Assembly (NCBI RefSeq): GCF_006345805.1
Contig: NW_021824074.1
Span: forward strand, 1 to 19,949
DNA from: Octopus sinensis
Taxonomy: Eukaryota
Direction of reading: 5' to 3'
DNA length: 19,949 bases
The translations under genes and the position numbers were made by a program. Numbering within the stretch: position 1 is the first letter of the stretch; every line of letters starts with the position of its first letter. Below, piece by piece: positions 19,335 to 19,949 of this stretch. The notes beneath the pieces were generated by a model. It was given only the letters and a program-made list of their open reading frames with translations. It did no database searches and was not told where the DNA came from.

Positions 19335-19580
19335 TATTGAGTGAGAGAGGATTGCATGCCATCAAAGTGATACTGGGTTAAAATATACGAAGTCCAGTAT
19401 ACCCATCATGACTACCGTCTGGTAAGGGTACACTAGACACATGCACCACAACCATATGTGCGCGACATGGTGATCTCATATCAAGATAAAAAGCACATGA
19501 CCTTGCAGGTGGGGCCCAGTTAGGATTTTCTTCTGGTCGAGTAACCCATCCCGCACAAAAGGTCCCTGAATAAGGGTTGT
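19335..19580 (-). mobile_element. Unclassified interspersed repeat 3' end, interrupted by CR1
   Basis: Higher-GC block running into (AAT)n on the minus strand and cut at 19580 by the CR1 tail. Class not determined. Confidence 0.4.
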
Positions 19581-19949
19581 TAAGTTAAGTTAATTTTTTG
19601 GCTCAAGAAGCAAAAAGCAAGGCCATGTAGGGGGACATGGAGTTATGTACAGGGTAGTGTTCGTGCAAAGAGTTCATGCCATTTCTGGTCAAGAGAGACT
19701 TTGAACCGAGCTGTCGTCGGCATCTTCACTATCTCGTCCGGCAGCTTATTCCACGGATCGGCAACCGGGACGGAGAAAGCCCCTCTCCTTCGATTGAGAT
19801 GAAATCGTCGCAGATAGAGCTTTTCGGAGTGACCCCGCAGCCAACGCTCTGGAGCAGGAGTGAAGAACAGCTCTTTCGAGAGGTTACACTTTCCGTTTAT
19901 GATGTTGTGAGCAAGAAGAGATCACCACGGCGTCGTCGTTTTTCTAGAG
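19579..19949 (-). mobile_element. CR1-clade LINE 3' end (continues beyond the window)
   Basis: LEKRRRRGDL/(frameshift)LAHNIINGKCNLSKELFFTPAPERWLRGHSEKL...RRGAFSVRVADPWNKLP...FKVSLD, stop 19643-19645, tandem tail (TAACT)n. Confidence 0.9.

Overview
AT-rich, microsatellite-saturated eukaryotic non-coding DNA (intronic or intergenic). The repeat content resembles an octopus genome; this is recalled similarity, not a search result. No intact host gene or convincing exon is visible, and most long ORFs in the track are translated simple repeats. The window is a mosaic of tRNA-derived SINEs (at least four families), 5'-truncated LINEs (two RTE, three R4/Dong-type, one CR1), two non-autonomous Helitrons and probable Penelope-like remnants. 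Most interesting: (1) one ~55-60 nt L1/Tx1-like 3' tail ending in AATAAAGAA is shared by a SINE, by LINE-3'UTR-like fragments and by a TSD-flanked ORF-plus-tail element with no RT; (2) the same 184-bp unit (124-bp SINE body plus tail) recurs with the same junction at two loci 15.7 kb apart; (3) tail type tracks the microsatellite target; (4) a well-formed type I hammerhead ribozyme fold lies at 2218-2299 (-).
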